In this document: positions 28,981 to 38,856 of the stretch, one piece after another | Layout: each line of letters opens with the position of its first letter | How positions within the stretch are numbered: the stretch's first letter is position 1 | Assembly: GCA_963796275.1 (NCBI GenBank) | Contig: CAWCKY010000006.1 | Location: forward strand, 288,001-352,000 | DNA length: 64,000 bases | Reading direction: 5' to 3' | Origin: an uncultured Acidobacteriota bacterium | GTDB lineage: Bacteria > Acidobacteriota > Blastocatellia > RBC074 | Notes under the pieces: generated by a model | Seen by the model: only the letters and a program-made list of their open reading frames with translations | What the model was told of the DNA's origin: nothing | The model's database searches: none | Program-made: the position numbers and the translations under genes

Positions 28981-30357
28981 TCATCTGCCGGCTCTTACAT
29001 CTTGGACGGTAATGTTCTTATACACCTTCCCGCCTTTCATAATCACAACGAAGTTCTTCGCCGGGTCGGCGATCAGCTGGATGTTCTCCAGGGGGTTGCC
29101 ATCGACCAGTAAGAGGTCGGCGAGGGCGCCTTCCTCGACCACGCCGAGCTTGCCGGGGTACGGGTTGCGTTTCCCGGATAGCGCCAGCAGTTGGGCATTG
29201 GTCCCCGTCGCCATGGCGAGCGTTTCCGCGGGGCTGTACCAGCGTACGAGGCTTGCCAACATGGCGCCCTGACGCTGGGCCAGTGCTTGGGAAAATAGGA
29301 CATCGGTACCGAATGCGGTCTTGAGTTTATACCTCTTCGCCAATGAATAGGCTGTTTCCGTGCCCTTGTACACTTCCTGAAACTTGGCCCGCTCCTCCGA
29401 TCCCGGAGGAAACGCATCGGCCAAGTCGGGAGGAAACGGCTGAATACTCAGCCAGATACCCTTCTCGGCCATTAACTTAGCAGTGGGTTCGTCCATCAGG
29501 GAGCCATGGTCAATACACTTCACGCCTGCGGCGATTGAGCGTTGGATCGAGGCGGGGGTGTATGCGTGCACCGTGACGTAGGTGCCCCAGTTTCCCGCGG
29601 CTTCGACGGCGGCACGAAGCTCGGCCTCCGTGAAGGTGATCGCGTCGAGCGGACTGTGAGGCGACGCGACGCCGCCACCTGCCGTCAATTTGATCTGCGT
29701 CGCGCCCAGCATTAGCTGCTCGCGCACGCGCACGCGGACCTCATCCGGACTGTCGGCGACCATACTGCCGCCGGTCTGCTCCATGCGCGTCAGCTGGCCG
29801 CCAAGGATGCGCGGCACTTCGAAAGGCTGGCGGAAATCGCCGTGACCACTGGTGATGGTGATAACGGCGCCGGAAGGATAGATGCGCGGGCCGGCGACGA
29901 CGCCTTCGTCAATGGCGCGCTTGAGCCCGAATGACGGCCCGCCCAGGTCGCGAACGGTGGTGAACCCGCGCATCAGCGTGTCCGTGGCCTCATCGCCCGC
30001 CACCAGATTGGCATAGCCGATATCCCACACGATCGCCTCCGCGGGCGTCGGCCGCACGAGCATCGTGTGCCAGTGTGCGTCGATCAGCCCGGGCATCAGC
30101 GTGCGCCCGCCGCCGTTTATAATGCGAGTATTACCGCTTCGGTCTACCGGAATGGGCGAGGTAGAGATTTTCTCGATTTTATTGCCGCGGACCAGGACGT
30201 TGGTAGTGCCTGAGAGCTGCGCGGACTTGCCATCGAATACACGGACATTCTCGAAAAGCACAGTAGTAGGCGGCGAGTCCTGCGTGAGAGCGGCGGATGT
30301 GAAGCAGCAGCCAAGGACGAGAACAGCGCCTAGCAGCTTGCCATTCATGTTTCGCAT
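28981..30357 (-). CDS. Metal-dependent amidohydrolase (prolidase-like), with signal peptide
   Basis: LMPGLIDAHWH, GFTTVRDLGG, VTVHAY, IDHG, FGTD, GALADLLLVDGNP. Confidence 0.9.
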   Translation of the reverse strand: MRNMNGKLLGAVLVLGCCFTSAALTQDSPPTTVLFENVRVFDGKSAQLSGTTNVLVRGNKIEKISTSPIPVDRSGNTRIINGGGRTLMPGLIDAHWHTMLVRPTPAEAIVWDIGYANLVAGDEATDTLMRGFTTVRDLGGPSFGLKRAIDEGVVAGPRIYPSGAVITITSGHGDFRQPFEVPRILGGQLTRMEQTGGSMVADSPDEVRVRVREQLMLGATQIKLTAGGGVASPHSPLDAITFTEAELRAAVEAAGNWGTYVTVHAYTPASIQRSIAAGVKCIDHGSLMDEPTAKLMAEKGIWLSIQPFPPDLADAFPPGSEERAKFQEVYKGTETAYSLAKRYKLKTAFGTDVLFSQALAQRQGAMLASLVRWYSPAETLAMATGTNAQLLALSGKRNPYPGKLGVVEEGALADLLLVDGNPLENIQLIADPAKNFVVIMKGGKVYKNITVQDVRAGR

Positions 30358-30415
30358 GAAATTCCTCCATAGCGCTCAGTCTAGCGAGCGCGAAAATATG
30401 ACATTGTCGAGGTAC

Positions 30416-30964
30416 TTACTTGAGAGCCAACACATTGTTCAATGTCTGGTCCTGCTCCGGGCTGAGCGTGGTGTTCACCAGCGTGCCACCATAATTGCGG
30501 AGTTGCTGAAACACGATTCCACCTTTGCCCGTATGCAATAGGGTAAAGAGCGCTGAGTCACCTGGTTGGATCATCGCCCCGACATCTCTTACAAATTCAT
30601 CAGACAGACACAGGATATCCCTCCACCACTTCACATCAGGCACTACCTTCCGCGATTCAATCTCCCCGCTTGTCTGCGTCCCGCAGGCATCAGCCAGACT
30701 CCTGGCAGTATCGACGATTCCGTCCGTCATCGAATGGAAAAGGACCAGACTGAGTAATGATCCCCACAATCTGGCCCACCTCTCCTCCTCCTCGGTAGTT
30801 GGGTCAAAGCTGAACAAAACCTTGAATTTATCCTGATCTATTTGCCTGACAACTACAGCCTTATCCAAATCGACCACCCAATCCCATTCTCGCCGCAGCA
30901 AATCGTTGAGGACCTCAGAAGCCCGGTATTGATCCTTAAAGACAATGGCTAAAAGTTCGCTCAC
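30416..30964 (-). CDS. DUF1269-family protein (divergent paralogue)
   Basis: MSELLAIVF, DLDKAVVV, WGSLLSLVLF, DEFVRDVGAMIQPGDSALF, YGGTLVNTTLS. Confidence 0.78.
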   Translation of the reverse strand: MSELLAIVFKDQYRASEVLNDLLRREWDWVVDLDKAVVVRQIDQDKFKVLFSFDPTTEEEERWARLWGSLLSLVLFHSMTDGIVDTARSLADACGTQTSGEIESRKVVPDVKWWRDILCLSDEFVRDVGAMIQPGDSALFTLLHTGKGGIVFQQLRNYGGTLVNTTLSPEQDQTLNNVLALK

Positions 30965-30989
30965 ACGCGTCTCTCACTGCGCTTCTCGT

Positions 30990-31577
30990 TTATTGGGGAT
31001 GGAGGTCTCCCGCGATGGGTCTGTTGTCGAAATATCTTGATTGCTTGCGCGACTCGAGAGCCATCATCAGGCGGCTGATGCCCCCTATAAACATGCTGAT
31101 TCCCACGATTGTTCCGATTGCCCAGAACGAGCTGACAGGCCATTGCCTCCAGATCAATAAGCCGAGAAACACGGATATGATTGCATGCATCAGCAGCCAA
31201 ACGGAGCGTTCATGCCTCCGCGACCCAAAATAGGCGATCAAGTCCATAACGCCTTCCGCGAAGAAAAATATCGCCAACACAAGCGTCAGGCCGGCGACCC
31301 CGATCAGGGTGTTGGCCAGTAAATATGCCCCTCCGGCGAGGTACAAAACTGCGACCAGAATCTTCCAGGTAATGCGCCCGACTCCTTCGGACTGAAAGGC
31401 ATGAACGAGCTGCGCAAAGCCGTCGAAGATAATCAACCATCCGAGCACCCGTACCGCTCCAATCGATGTCGCTGTCGGTAAGGTGATTGCCAGTAGCCCT
31501 AATATGATCAGTATGATCGCCAAAATAAGTGACGATTTTGAGGACCCGTGCGGTATTGCTTCCATTGCTGTACTCAT
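30990..31577 (-). CDS. HdeD/DUF308 acid-resistance membrane protein
   Basis: About six TMs, LGWLIIFDG, WPVSSFWAIGTIVGISMFIGG. Confidence 0.85.
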   Translation of the reverse strand: MSTAMEAIPHGSSKSSLILAIILIILGLLAITLPTATSIGAVRVLGWLIIFDGFAQLVHAFQSEGVGRITWKILVAVLYLAGGAYLLANTLIGVAGLTLVLAIFFFAEGVMDLIAYFGSRRHERSVWLLMHAIISVFLGLLIWRQWPVSSFWAIGTIVGISMFIGGISRLMMALESRKQSRYFDNRPIAGDLHPQ

Positions 31578-31750
31578 TTTTCCCTCCTCGGAAAATCCCT
31601 CCTCGGATAACTCGGATAAATAGATAGGTTTCCGAGTGTTCGTCAGGTTTTCGTGGATCGAACCCGAGAATATTCCCGCCTATCTTTCTTGTTTCTGAGT
31701 GTCATCCATAGCGTCAGGACCGACTCTCAAGGGACGCAAGGTAACAGGTA

Positions 31751-31805
31751 GGCATAACCATTGATATCGGTATGACTATGTAGGGAGGGTGGGATTTCTA
31801 CTGAG
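31751..31805 (-). promoter_or_regulatory. Conserved promoter cassette, copy 2
   Basis: Same three blocks and spacing as 28800-28854. Confidence 0.65.
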
Positions 31806-31862
31806 CCAGGGCTAAGGATTTCTTGACTGACGGATTTTAGAAATATGCAGGCGTTTTATCTT

Positions 31863-34800
31863 TCAGAATGACTGGCCGAACCGGATGTGAAAAGCGCTAC
31901 TTGGCTGTCGTAACACGGCGCCTGACGCGGTTACAAATGAAGGCGGATCGAGCAGGTAGCCGTAGTCGATTCCAATCGGGCCAATCGGCGTGTTGATGCG
32001 CAGCCCGAGACCGATGGTATTAGTCATTCCACCGAAGCGGATATCGCTCACGAGCGGAAACACATTCCCGAGATCATAGAAGGGAACTACCCGGAATCGT
32101 CGTGTCAGCGGGTAGCGCAGCTCGAAGTTGAAAATAGTGAGCGCATTGCCGCCGACAGCTACGAGCGCCGGCAGTTCACCTGGGAAGCGCGGCTCAAGAA
32201 CAGCTTGCGGCCCGGCCTGCTCAAAGCGGAACCCGCGAAGCGTTGTCGCGCCTCCCGCAAAGAAACGCTCGCTGATCGGCAACAGCTTGTCATCAAATGT
32301 TCCGGTCACCGTAACCTTGAAGGGATCCGCTAACCCGATGCGCACAGCGGCGGCAAGAACGGAATCGCGCAGTAACGGCGTCGATTGAGGGAGCGTCCGG
32401 TAGTACTGGTAGTTGCCGAAGAATCTGTTGAAGGCCTCGTTCCCTCCGAGGCTGCGCGCAGCAATGGAATGATCGGCACTGAAGAGTTGTCCTCGTGTGG
32501 GATTCAGCGCGCTGTCGCGCGTGTCGTGCGTGAAGCCGGCGGAGACAAGTCCTAAACGGATCGGGCGATCGTTCCGCCCGATCTCTGCAATGGGAATATT
32601 CTGGACATTGGAGAGCCTCGAATCTTCATAGTTGTACCGGAACCGCACTGAGAAGATCTCAGAAAGCTTGCGCTCCGTTTGAATAAAGGCGACGTAGCGA
32701 TTGATGCCATAGCTTTGCGTCGGCCCATTCTCAACCTCTCCGTCCACGATAACCTGCCTGACGATCGATTGCAGATCCGTGTTCCGGTCGTAGTAGGCCG
32801 AGACGGTGGTCGCCCATCTGGTTTCGAACGGCCGAAGGTCAATGTAAGAAATTTGCCCGAATTGTTCGCGCCCGCTCACCCGCATTCGAGCGGAGGCGGT
32901 ATTGACGCGCCCAAAGAGGTTGGTATTGGACAGTTGGACGAGCCCGCGCGGGCCGTCATCCGTTGAATATCCCGTGCCATAAACGAAGAGCAGCGGCTTC
33001 GCCTCCGTCACTCCCACCGTCACACGGCGCGCATTCGCATCATCGCCTCCCACGGGGTCAGTGCGAATGTTTATCTCGCGGAACGCCCCTGTGGCGTAGA
33101 GGTCGCGCTGAGTGCTGCGAATGACCTCGGGCGTGAGCGTATCGCCGGGTTTAAAGGGGAGGAATCGGCGGATCGAATCCTCACGCGTTTTAGTTTGGCC
33201 TGTTATGAGCACCTCGCTCGCCACGCTTCGGCTACCCTCGGTCACGTTATAGGTCACTCGCACGCGATCATCAGGCAAATTCATGAGATTTAGTTCGACG
33301 ATAGCAGCCAGATAGCCGCGATCCGTATAGAACTTCCTGATATTCTGCGTGCCCTGACGCAATTTGGTCACTGAGAAGGGGTCATCGTCCTTGATCGGAA
33401 CAGTCTCACGCAATGTGGAAGATGTGACGACCGCGTTGCCTTTGATCGCAACCCCTGAAATGATCGAACGCGGCCCCTCTTTCACATCGAAGATCACAAC
33501 CAGGTCGGCACTCTCCGCCTTGGTCGCCAATCGCGAATCGACGCGCGTGGAGCGGAAGCCCTGGTTGACCATACGGCGTCGAATGACCTCGCGGTCGTGT
33601 TGCAGGCGGTCGTCGCTCGTAATTCCGCGCGCATAGCCGCCGATCAATGGGAGTTTCCTGAGGAAAGGGATACCACCGAAGATGCTGGCCGTCTGCGATT
33701 GGAACTGCCCCCTGATATCGCCGAGGCTGATCCGGTCGGTTCCTTCAATGCGGATCTCCTTAATAGCGTGTCGTTGATCCGGTTGAACATTATAAATCAC
33801 GCGCAGGTTCGGGGCGCTGCAGTCTGCGGGCACGCACCTGTAACTCACAGTCGCAAAGAAATAACCCTGTTCCTGAAGATAATCTGTTAGATTGCGCTCC
33901 CCCAAACGGGCGAGTGACGGGCTGTAGCCGGACTTCTTGATGGGTAAAAGTTCGCGCAACTTTTTATCGTTCAGACGTACGTCTTCCGGTTTCTCAATCG
34001 ATACGTCGGCGGGTGGAAGAGGCGTTCGTGTGGGGCGCGAGGGTATTTTTGTCGAGGGGCGGCCTGTGCCTGCGGCACCCAAAGAACCACTTCCCAAATA
34101 GCCAAGCGAGTAACGCCTGCGACCGCGCATCTCGATCGCGAGGTCATTGTTGTTACTGCCACCTTGCGCCGAGTTGCTCCCCTGGGTGAATGACCCGACC
34201 ACGGAGAAGCGATTCGACACAGCATAGTCGAGAAGAACGGTCTGATCCTGCTCCGAGGCGAGGTTTGTCGAGTAGGTGAACGTGAGGTCGCGCGTGACCT
34301 GTTGGCCGATCGTTATACGCGCCGCCGGGTTGTCGTTAGGGCGCAGCACCGGATCGATCTGAAAGCGACTGATGCCAAGTAATGATTCGGTCGGCTTTGA
34401 GATGAGCTGCTGAGTGAGGAGCGATGCCGCCGTTCCCACACCCGAACGCGCCAATTCTTCACTCCCCAGATTGTCCGAGTCGGTGCGTCCGGTGGTGATC
34501 AGAGAGAGTACCTCTGACCGAGGCAAATCTGGCTCTGAACGCAGCGTCACATCCATATCGTTGAGCTGGCCGGCGAGACCGACATAAACGTGATGACCGC
34601 TCACATCGCCTTCGGCCATGGCGTTGATAACGGGAGTCATCCCGGCACCAATGGGAAATTCGACCGTACCGGTAGTAATGTCATAGCGTTGAGAGCGGAA
34701 CCTGACCGTGCCGCCTTCGAACGTTACGCGGCCGGTGATGCTGGGGTCATTGAGTCTGCCGCCGACGGTGAGCAAGGCTGTGCCGACAGTGTTGATCTGC

Positions 34801-37800
34801 GCGTTGTTTACGAAAAGCGATTCGTTCGCTTCAACACGCACGTCCAAACTCACAGGAGCGAGGCCGTAAGTCCTCCTCCTGCCGCCACCGCCTCCGAAAT
34901 CGAGACCGCCTTGCCTGGTTGCGGCCAGGCTCTCAAAATCGAAGTCGGTCGTATACTCAGCCTGCGGGATGGTGAGCTTACCGCTGAGCAATTGTCCTTG
35001 AGGAGTACCGGTCAGAGTAAGGTCGCCGTCGAGTATCACCTGAGCTCCCTGATAGAAGATAAGGATGCCACTGGCGTTGAGACCGAATCGCCATTCCTTC
35101 GGCTGAAACTGTGCGAGCGTGAGAGTGCCATTCGCGTTGATCTTTCCGTCGTTGGCACGCGCTGTAAAGCTCTCGAGGGTTACTTTATCCCCGGATAGAA
35201 GAATACGGCCGTTACCGTCTTCGATGTTGAATTGAGGATCGATGCTGGAGAAGGCGAGCCCGTTCATACTCACATCCCCGGCAAACCGCGGCTCGTTCGC
35301 TGATCCTTCTATTCTCGCATTGATCGTCAGAGTGCCGCTGAAGAATGAGTCGGGGTCCAATTCGCTGAGAGCATCGAGATTGGCCGTTCCATTCACTGCG
35401 AAATTCATCTTTGCATCCTCGCTCAAGGCGAGTGTGCCGCCGATGCTGAGATCGGCACCAGCACCGAAAACTCGTGTTCGCTGAAGCGTGAGTTGAGGCC
35501 CGTCGAGTGTGACTGTAAACGGCGTCTCGACATTTATCTTTCTTCCCGTGACCAGCAGCGAGATACCGGTAAACGTAAGGTTGCCGCGTAAACCATCGAG
35601 GGTTACCTCCCCTCGATCATTGACTGTCGGCCCGGCGACGCGGAGTCTACCGCCGATGACTCCATCGATCGAGGAAGCGAGATTGGGAGCAAATGCGGCG
35701 ATGAGAGGACCTAGATCCAAATCCGTAATATTGGTTTCGACTTCGATGGGGCGACTTGGCTTTCGCAGCTCAAAGTTCGCGCGCACCGTCTGCGGCGCGC
35801 CCGCGATGCCGGTGATCAGCTCAAGGTCAATGCGCCCGCTCTGACTCGTGCGCGCGGTAAGGGTGAGCTGGCCAGCCGGCTGTCCGTTGATCGTTACATC
35901 CTTTCCGCTAGCCGTTAATTCGATTTGCAGCTGGTCGAGGTCATTTGTGCTGCCGCTCGCTTGCAAGGTGGCTGTGGCCGTCCCGGTTATAATCGGATTC
36001 TCGACCTCGAGAGAGGTGAAGAGTACACCCAAATTGATGCTGTCAGCCTTCCCCTGCAATTGAAAGGTGTTTCTCTTCAGGTCGAGACTGCCATTCGCAA
36101 CGAGATGGCCTTGAGACAGGCGGACCTCGGCGCGGTCGATTCGTGCAGTCTGACCATCGAGAACCAGATTGGCCGTCGCCAGCTCGGCTGCCTGTCCGGC
36201 AATCACACCATCTACTAGATTGACGGTCACCGTTCCTTGAGGAGCCGCTGGCAAAGCTGTCAAGTGCGCCTGGCCCGAGATATCTCCGGAGATGAGCTTC
36301 TGCCCGATGGGAAGACCGGCGGCGGCGATCAAAGTATCTACTGGAATGCGATCGAGAGCGGCATCGAGCCGTCCTTCCGTGGCGAGCTTATTGCGCGGCG
36401 CCGCATAGCTGAATTTTACCGTCCCGTTATTGGCGGCGGTGAGCAGCCCATTATCTAAACGCACTTCCGCGGGAGAGAAGAGTAGATGGCCAGTGAGACT
36501 GCCCAGCAACTCATCGTGCAGCAAAATACTCGCAGCATTCAGATCTGCGTCGATCGTCGGATTTTTGATCGGTCCGGTGAGACGGCCTTCGAATTTGAGA
36601 TCGCCGACGAGCTGCGGTTCATACTCTGCGAGCGCCTTCCTCACCTCATCGACCGAATAGGCAATGGCCTGCAATTGCTCGGCGCTCGCCGAGTTGAGCG
36701 AGAAGCGCATATCTGATTCGCCCTCCTGCGAGAATCGCCCGGTAGCACTCAATCTCGTGGCGTCGGTATAGAGTGTGAATCGGTTAACCTCGAAGACGCC
36801 GCTGCTAGCCGTGATTCCCACATCCCCCTTGACCGGAATCGCGTCAGGAGTCTGTGTCGTGTCACCGCTCAGGTGGGCGGTAACCGTGCCGCTCGCCGCG
36901 AGCAGATCGATTCCGGGCCAACGAACATCTACTTTGCCCTCCACGACCCCTGCGAGAGGTGGTGGGCTTGTCGATACGAGAGTGAAAACGTCGCCCGTCT
37001 CGACCCCAGTGAAGCTCGCCTTCAGATGCGAGTTGCCACTGCGCCCCAGTTGCCCCGATTGCCCCGTTTGCCCTGTTTGAATTGAGATGTCACCGGCAGC
37101 GCTACCGCCGAAAAGGGAAGCCTTGAATTGGTTGAGCGCGATCTTATTGTTATCGGCAATCAGCTCTCCGTTCAGCGGGCCCAAAGAAGCGCCCCCTATG
37201 GCTCCGCTCTTGATCGCTAAATTCCCGCGCACCTGATAGATATCCTCTTCTACGCTGGCGGTCACTTTCTGCAGCGCGACCCCCGAAATCTGCCCCTGGG
37301 CAATTTCAATATGCTCGATGGATACCTGTGGCACCTCCCCACGTATGTGGCCATTAATCATCTCTCCCCGAATCGCGCCGGCTGACAAATTCGTCACTTT
37401 GGCGCCCTGCACACTCATAGCCTGGAAACGCGCTTGCTTGCTTCCAAAACTTAGCTTCTCACCGTCAGACGCAACGATGATTCCCTCTACCTTCGCGCCG
37501 CGTGCTCGAGCGCCGGCTGCCGTGAAATCGTCTGAGTCTAATTCACCAGTTATCCGATAGCGTGCGCCTTCCCCTTCGATCCGCCCGTCGAACCCGGCCG
37601 CACCCTGCAATCCGCTTCCTGGCTCGATGATCGCGACCTCATCCAGTGCTACGCGCGCTTGAAGGCTGAGTCTATAGCGCAACGCATCCCAATCATCGAT
37701 CCGTCCGACAGCTGATGCCTGAACGATCGGCGAGCGAAGCGTAAGACTCTCGACCTCCGCTCCGGCCTCTCCACCCCTAACGGCGAGTTGCAAGCCATCG

Positions 37801-38471
37801 ATACTCATCTCGCGATTTTGATAGCGAAAGCGGCCTCCACCGGTGGTCAACTGAGCCTTCACCATTGTGCCTCCCGGAAGGGGCTGGGCGTTCGCCTGCA
37901 AATTTTCCAGCTCGCCTACGATATTACGCGCTCGATCATTGATGTAGAGTGCTCCGCCATTCAGCGATCCGATGAGACTCGAAAAATCGAATGTGATTCG
38001 GCTGGGTGCGCTCGGAGGCGCCGGGCGTAAGCCATCCAGATTTGAACGACCCTGTTCGTCCACGTCGAGGCGGATGATGAGGTTGTTCAGATCGAGGCGA
38101 TTAAAGACGATTTCCCGGTGTAGACGCAGAGCGAAGGGATCGAGAATCTGGACGACCATTTCCGCGTGGTCGACCGTCGCGATCAGCTGTCCCGTCTGTT
38201 GATTGTAGATTTTAGTATCACTGATCTTTGCCGTCTGTCTTCTCCAGGCAATATCGAATTTTCCGATCTCTGTGCGCAGACCGTACTCTGCGAGTGCCTC
38301 AACAACCTGATTTGCAACGTAGCGATTGATCTTGCCAGAAGTGATGAAGTTGATGCCGGCAAGGACGAGGAGTGTAATGAGTAAAAGCGAACCGAGACCT
38401 ATGGCAAGCGCCAGTTTGTGTCTCGCGTACCAGTTTGGGCGTATAGATGGCGTCCCCTGTGTCGGGTCCAT
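31863..38471 (-). CDS. TamB/AsmA-like protein fused to POTRA domains and an Omp85 (TamA/BamA) beta-barrel
   Basis: N-terminal TM anchor, long beta-rich region, TamB C-terminus (LRSEPDLPRSEVLSLI...ITIGQQVTRDLTFTY), POTRA repeats, ERFFAGGATTLRGF, GLGLRINTPIGPIGIDYG, terminal FGQSF. Confidence 0.88.
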   Translation of the reverse strand: MDPTQGTPSIRPNWYARHKLALAIGLGSLLLITLLVLAGINFITSGKINRYVANQVVEALAEYGLRTEIGKFDIAWRRQTAKISDTKIYNQQTGQLIATVDHAEMVVQILDPFALRLHREIVFNRLDLNNLIIRLDVDEQGRSNLDGLRPAPPSAPSRITFDFSSLIGSLNGGALYINDRARNIVGELENLQANAQPLPGGTMVKAQLTTGGGRFRYQNREMSIDGLQLAVRGGEAGAEVESLTLRSPIVQASAVGRIDDWDALRYRLSLQARVALDEVAIIEPGSGLQGAAGFDGRIEGEGARYRITGELDSDDFTAAGARARGAKVEGIIVASDGEKLSFGSKQARFQAMSVQGAKVTNLSAGAIRGEMINGHIRGEVPQVSIEHIEIAQGQISGVALQKVTASVEEDIYQVRGNLAIKSGAIGGASLGPLNGELIADNNKIALNQFKASLFGGSAAGDISIQTGQTGQSGQLGRSGNSHLKASFTGVETGDVFTLVSTSPPPLAGVVEGKVDVRWPGIDLLAASGTVTAHLSGDTTQTPDAIPVKGDVGITASSGVFEVNRFTLYTDATRLSATGRFSQEGESDMRFSLNSASAEQLQAIAYSVDEVRKALAEYEPQLVGDLKFEGRLTGPIKNPTIDADLNAASILLHDELLGSLTGHLLFSPAEVRLDNGLLTAANNGTVKFSYAAPRNKLATEGRLDAALDRIPVDTLIAAAGLPIGQKLISGDISGQAHLTALPAAPQGTVTVNLVDGVIAGQAAELATANLVLDGQTARIDRAEVRLSQGHLVANGSLDLKRNTFQLQGKADSINLGVLFTSLEVENPIITGTATATLQASGSTNDLDQLQIELTASGKDVTINGQPAGQLTLTARTSQSGRIDLELITGIAGAPQTVRANFELRKPSRPIEVETNITDLDLGPLIAAFAPNLASSIDGVIGGRLRVAGPTVNDRGEVTLDGLRGNLTFTGISLLVTGRKINVETPFTVTLDGPQLTLQRTRVFGAGADLSIGGTLALSEDAKMNFAVNGTANLDALSELDPDSFFSGTLTINARIEGSANEPRFAGDVSMNGLAFSSIDPQFNIEDGNGRILLSGDKVTLESFTARANDGKINANGTLTLAQFQPKEWRFGLNASGILIFYQGAQVILDGDLTLTGTPQGQLLSGKLTIPQAEYTTDFDFESLAATRQGGLDFGGGGGRRRTYGLAPVSLDVRVEANESLFVNNAQINTVGTALLTVGGRLNDPSITGRVTFEGGTVRFRSQRYDITTGTVEFPIGAGMTPVINAMAEGDVSGHHVYVGLAGQLNDMDVTLRSEPDLPRSEVLSLITTGRTDSDNLGSEELARSGVGTAASLLTQQLISKPTESLLGISRFQIDPVLRPNDNPAARITIGQQVTRDLTFTYSTNLASEQDQTVLLDYAVSNRFSVVGSFTQGSNSAQGGSNNNDLAIEMRGRRRYSLGYLGSGSLGAAGTGRPSTKIPSRPTRTPLPPADVSIEKPEDVRLNDKKLRELLPIKKSGYSPSLARLGERNLTDYLQEQGYFFATVSYRCVPADCSAPNLRVIYNVQPDQRHAIKEIRIEGTDRISLGDIRGQFQSQTASIFGGIPFLRKLPLIGGYARGITSDDRLQHDREVIRRRMVNQGFRSTRVDSRLATKAESADLVVIFDVKEGPRSIISGVAIKGNAVVTSSTLRETVPIKDDDPFSVTKLRQGTQNIRKFYTDRGYLAAIVELNLMNLPDDRVRVTYNVTEGSRSVASEVLITGQTKTREDSIRRFLPFKPGDTLTPEVIRSTQRDLYATGAFREINIRTDPVGGDDANARRVTVGVTEAKPLLFVYGTGYSTDDGPRGLVQLSNTNLFGRVNTASARMRVSGREQFGQISYIDLRPFETRWATTVSAYYDRNTDLQSIVRQVIVDGEVENGPTQSYGINRYVAFIQTERKLSEIFSVRFRYNYEDSRLSNVQNIPIAEIGRNDRPIRLGLVSAGFTHDTRDSALNPTRGQLFSADHSIAARSLGGNEAFNRFFGNYQYYRTLPQSTPLLRDSVLAAAVRIGLADPFKVTVTGTFDDKLLPISERFFAGGATTLRGFRFEQAGPQAVLEPRFPGELPALVAVGGNALTIFNFELRYPLTRRFRVVPFYDLGNVFPLVSDIRFGGMTNTIGLGLRINTPIGPIGIDYGYLLDPPSFVTASGAVLRQPSSAFHIRFGQSF

Positions 38472-38640
38472 GATTACCCTTCAAGTCAACTCAGAAATCA
38501 TGGGGAACATGGGGAGTCACAATCCTGGTAGGTTGTAATTAAAAGCCGGTGATGATTTTTGGAGATAAAAGATTGGGAGGAGATGATGCTAGCACGGGTA
38601 ATCGAAGATAGTAAAGTAGGAGCAATTTGAGATAACGCAC

Positions 38641-38775
38641 TTGGAGTTCCGCGTTTAAGCGGTCATTCCTTTCAGCACGCGATTTTGGAAACCTAACATG
38701 AAGATCGCGCTTTGGAGTTCCGCGTTTGCGCCGTCATTCCTTTCCGTACATGATTTTCGGACTACCTGAAAGGCC
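38641..38775. repeat. Two direct copies of a ~71-bp REP-like unit
   Basis: TTGGAGTTCCGCGTTT....GTCATTCCTTTC at 38641 and 38712. Confidence 0.7.
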
Positions 38776-38856
38776 CACCGGGGCTGGCCTACAAAATCCG
38801 ATGCGGGCAGCAAATTTGAAAGTTTGAAAATACAGATCAGTGGATCCCAAACCCGA

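Noticed and set aside
37040-37080. 9-bp tandem repeat within tamB (QTGQTGQSGQLG)
   Set aside because: Short, in-frame and degenerate; probably a neutral loop expansion.
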